IMG/VR virus record: IMGVR_UViG_3300048606_000132
Location: 1-27,506 of that record
DNA from: a virus
Lineage: Duplodnaviria > Caudoviricetes
Direction: 5' to 3' (one strand)
DNA: 27,506 nt
This document shows, piece by piece, positions 26,082 through 27,506 of this stretch. The notes beneath the pieces were generated by a model that saw nothing but the letters and a program-made list of their open reading frames with translations, was not told the DNA's origin and ran no database searches. The stretch's first letter is position 1. Each line of letters opens with the position of its first letter. The translations under genes and the position numbers were made by a program.

Positions 26082-26752
26082 AGAAATGCCTCCAAGGGTT
26101 GCCGCTCGAACGCCGTCACCCGGCTGATTGGTGAGCAGTTCACAATCCGAATCCCCTTTCGTGTCGCGTCTTCCGCCATCGCCTGCAGCGGAACCATATG
26201 ACGCTGAAAGTGTTGTTCTGGAATAAACGGCATCGGGTGCGGCCATTCGCCGGCGAACCAGCGCCCGCCCTGCATGTCGTACCCGAGCAGCACGATTTCG
26301 GTCGCCCCGAAGTGGTACGCGAGATTGATCGCCGAGGTGCCTGAGTCATACCCGGAGACATGGGTTCCCCCTGTGCCGGTCCCAGGGCCGCACACGCACG
26401 GCCTGGGCAGGTCGCAGAGATGCCCGTGGTGTTTCGTCCTCGTGACGCGCTTCACGGTGGCCGGGAGTTCTTGATCCGACTTCCCGCGCACCACCATGTA
26501 CGTGCCGGTGAACTTCGGAATCAGCGGCAAGGCGATTTCTGGTCCCTTCTCCCCGCCCAAAAAGAGCACGTCGGCATTCGGCCGCACGAGCACGCCTTCC
26601 TTGATCGCGATGACGCGCCCTTTCAACAGCGGAATCAGCTTGCGAATGGGCCGGATGCTCTCACCGCCGCAGATCACAAAGCACCGCTCGCCGACCCATT
26701 CGCGTGGGACGGTCCAGACGGGGGGCAAGATCCAGCCGACGGGTCGGCTCAT
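26078..26752 (-). CDS. DUF115/Maf/CstII-like fold protein, putative glycosyltransferase
   Basis: CFVICGGESI (GxGPS-like), VIAIK, SGTSAINLAYHFGATEIVLLGYDM, IVNCSPIS. Confidence 0.78.
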   Translation of the reverse strand: MSRPVGWILPPVWTVPREWVGERCFVICGGESIRPIRKLIPLLKGRVIAIKEGVLVRPNADVLFLGGEKGPEIALPLIPKFTGTYMVVRGKSDQELPATVKRVTRTKHHGHLCDLPRPCVCGPGTGTGGTHVSGYDSGTSAINLAYHFGATEIVLLGYDMQGGRWFAGEWPHPMPFIPEQHFQRHMVPLQAMAEDATRKGIRIVNCSPISRVTAFERQPLEAFL

Positions 26753-27504
26753 ACGGCGGTCCTCACGACCGACTGGACCAGGTCGCGGTACTGCCGCGCG
26801 ATCCGGTCGATCGAAAACTCTGAGACGCGCTTGCGACCCTGCAGCCAGGCCTTCTGGCGCACGTCGTCGGCCGTCATCTTAGCGATGGCCTCGTCCAGGG
26901 CGGCGTGGTCTTCCACAACGGCGCCGGTTGGCGCGATCTCGCGAAAGGCCGCACACTCCTGCGTGAGCACCGGGCGACCCGCGACGATGGCGTTGACGTA
27001 CTTGATCCCGCTCTTCCACTGTCGGCAGGCCCAGCCGTCCCAGAGTTCATCCCGGAACGCCACGACCAGGTCGGCTTCACTGAGGTCAGGCGGGTTCACC
27101 AGGAAGGTCAGGCCGAGCCGCGCGCAGGCCCGCTCGAGCGCCACGCGCCAGGAGCCGAGATAGCGTGCGGATCCTTCGTACGCCACGACGCGCGCACGCT
27201 TGCGAATCGGCATGGCTGTCAATCCAAGACGGTGATGGTGCGGAATGTAGACACCGCCGATCGCGTCCGCCATGGCCTGCGTCGCCCCGATCAGGCGGGA
27301 GATATGCACCGCGTCGCGCATCTGGATGACCTCGCGCACGAACTCTGCTTCGGTCCGGTTATTCGCGTCAGGCTGCCGCCAGAAGTCCAACACGTCCCAG
27401 ATCAGCGGCGCGCCCGTCTCTTTCGCCTCGCGCCACCACACGCCAGGGGCGCGTTTGACCAGGATGACCACATCCGCCCAGGCCCAGTCCTCAGCGCGTG
27501 GCTT
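26749..27504 (-). CDS. GT-B-like glycosyltransferase (5'-truncated at the window edge)
   Basis: ADVVILVKR, IWDVLD, ADLVVA, KSGIKYVNAIVAGRPVL (GT4-like K-x7-G-x-P-V); frame open to the window end. Confidence 0.72.
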   Translation of the reverse strand, partial: KPRAEDWAWADVVILVKRAPGVWWREAKETGAPLIWDVLDFWRQPDANNRTEAEFVREVIQMRDAVHISRLIGATQAMADAIGGVYIPHHHRLGLTAMPIRKRARVVAYEGSARYLGSWRVALERACARLGLTFLVNPPDLSEADLVVAFRDELWDGWACRQWKSGIKYVNAIVAGRPVLTQECAAFREIAPTGAVVEDHAALDEAIAKMTADDVRQKAWLQGRKRVSEFSIDRIARQYRDLVQSVVRTAV

Positions 27505-27506
27505 CG

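Larger units (their letters stand above)
1..27506. mobile_element. Temperate siphovirus-type phage genome segment (integrase, attP, lysis, tail, head, glycosylation cluster); both ends truncated
   Basis: Canonical portal-protease-capsid-connector-tail tube-chaperone-TMP-tip-lysis order on the - strand, an integrase and a tRNA-derived att core; no host housekeeping genes seen. Confidence 0.95.

Noticed and set aside
21303-27506. GT/MTase cluster as a host LPS/capsule locus flanking a prophage
   Set aside because: It is co-oriented and contiguous with the portal, another GT lies beyond the portal, and no wzx/wzy/ABC export or sugar-synthesis genes or att boundary are visible. Not fully excluded, because the terminase is outside the window
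1-27506. CRISPR array, DGR (RT plus TR/VR), IS elements, rRNA
   Set aside because: No regularly spaced repeats, reverse transcriptase, transposase or long duplicated segments seen by eye; a self dot-plot would confirm

Overview
The whole window is a GC-rich temperate tailed phage of siphovirus type: lambda-family portal, tape measure, tail tube and no sheath. At the left is a tyrosine integrase (+ strand, 5'-truncated), followed by the 3' half of a tRNA-Leu(CAG). Phage genes lie on both sides of this fragment, so it looks like an intact attP from an excised or free phage. The rest is one long, tightly coupled late operon on the - strand. In reading order (right to left) it holds: at least 6 glycosyltransferase-like and 3 SAM-methyltransferase genes; portal; a 7th glycosyltransferase; an HTH-HNH nuclease; a LexA-like wHTH protein; prohead protease; major capsid; DUF2190 decoration protein; head-tail and tail genes; tape measure; tail tip; fiber; and a lysis region interrupted by a clan GH-A-like glycosidase and a beta-helix protein. 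The main finding is the large glycan-building and methylating cluster inside the head-morphogenesis operon. Major capsid, decoration and tail-tube proteins all end in Ser/Thr, which suggests a phage-encoded system for a methylated virion glycan shield. All family calls come from visual motif recognition, not database searches.
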